Both the position numbers and the translations under genes were made by a program. Positions 59,722-59,836 of a stretch of 59,836 bases of DNA are shown here, piece by piece. Numbering within the stretch: the stretch's first letter is position 1; each line of letters starts with the position of its first letter. Where the stretch lies: IMG/VR virus record IMGVR_UViG_3300014838_000022, positions 1 through 59,836 of that record; one strand, 5' to 3'. The notes below the pieces were generated by a model. That model was not told the origin of the DNA and ran no database searches. It was given only the letters and a program-made list of their open reading frames with translations. This DNA is from a virus. Lineage: Duplodnaviria > Caudoviricetes.

Positions 59722-59836
59722 CAACAGTTATCATTTAGTCTAAAATATCTAAAGAAAGTTAAAGATTTTTTGACTTTTTGTTAAAATGAAGTGTATTTAT
59801 ATATGAAGACAAAACCAAATACTGTGAGTTCCACAG
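59714..59836 (+). mobile_element. Second copy of the repeated element end; supplies the Cas12 stop codon
   Basis: 122/123 identical to the reverse complement of 21-143; ATG at 59803 (MKTKPNTVSST...). Confidence 0.6.

Overview
This AT-rich 59.8-kb segment looks like part of a large (jumbo/huge) bacteriophage genome using genetic code 11. It contains a tRNA cluster (Ile-UAU with a long variable arm, Thr, 4x Gly, Met/Ile-CAU), a tmRNA, an intein-containing GDP-fucose synthase and several HNH, GIY-YIG and PD-(D/E)XK endonucleases. It also has an ADP-ribosylglycohydrolase, an ATP-grasp protein, a 1.9-kaa orphan, a probable histone-fold protein and a long run of small genes, many with their own sigma70-like promoter. 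The main points of interest are five. (1) A 936-aa Cas12b-like RuvC effector sits head-to-head with a stand-alone HD+helicase Cas3, with no Cascade, cas1/cas2 or array in the window. (2) Two solitary type I-C-like CRISPR repeats each have their own promoter. One heads a ~550-nt non-coding tract ending in an unusual 161-nt tRNA-like RNA, and the other has a spacer seed matching an inverted repeat just upstream of its own promoter. (3) A strand-polarised composite DNA element (TACTG-NN-CAGTA followed 39 bp later by TTCGGTGA) recurs between early-type genes. (4) Both window ends carry the same 123-bp sequence in inverted orientation. It resembles a minimal IS607/TnpB-derived element, and one copy supplies the Cas12 stop codon. 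(5) There are origin-like non-coding zones. All protein calls come from motifs recognised by eye; no database searches were run.
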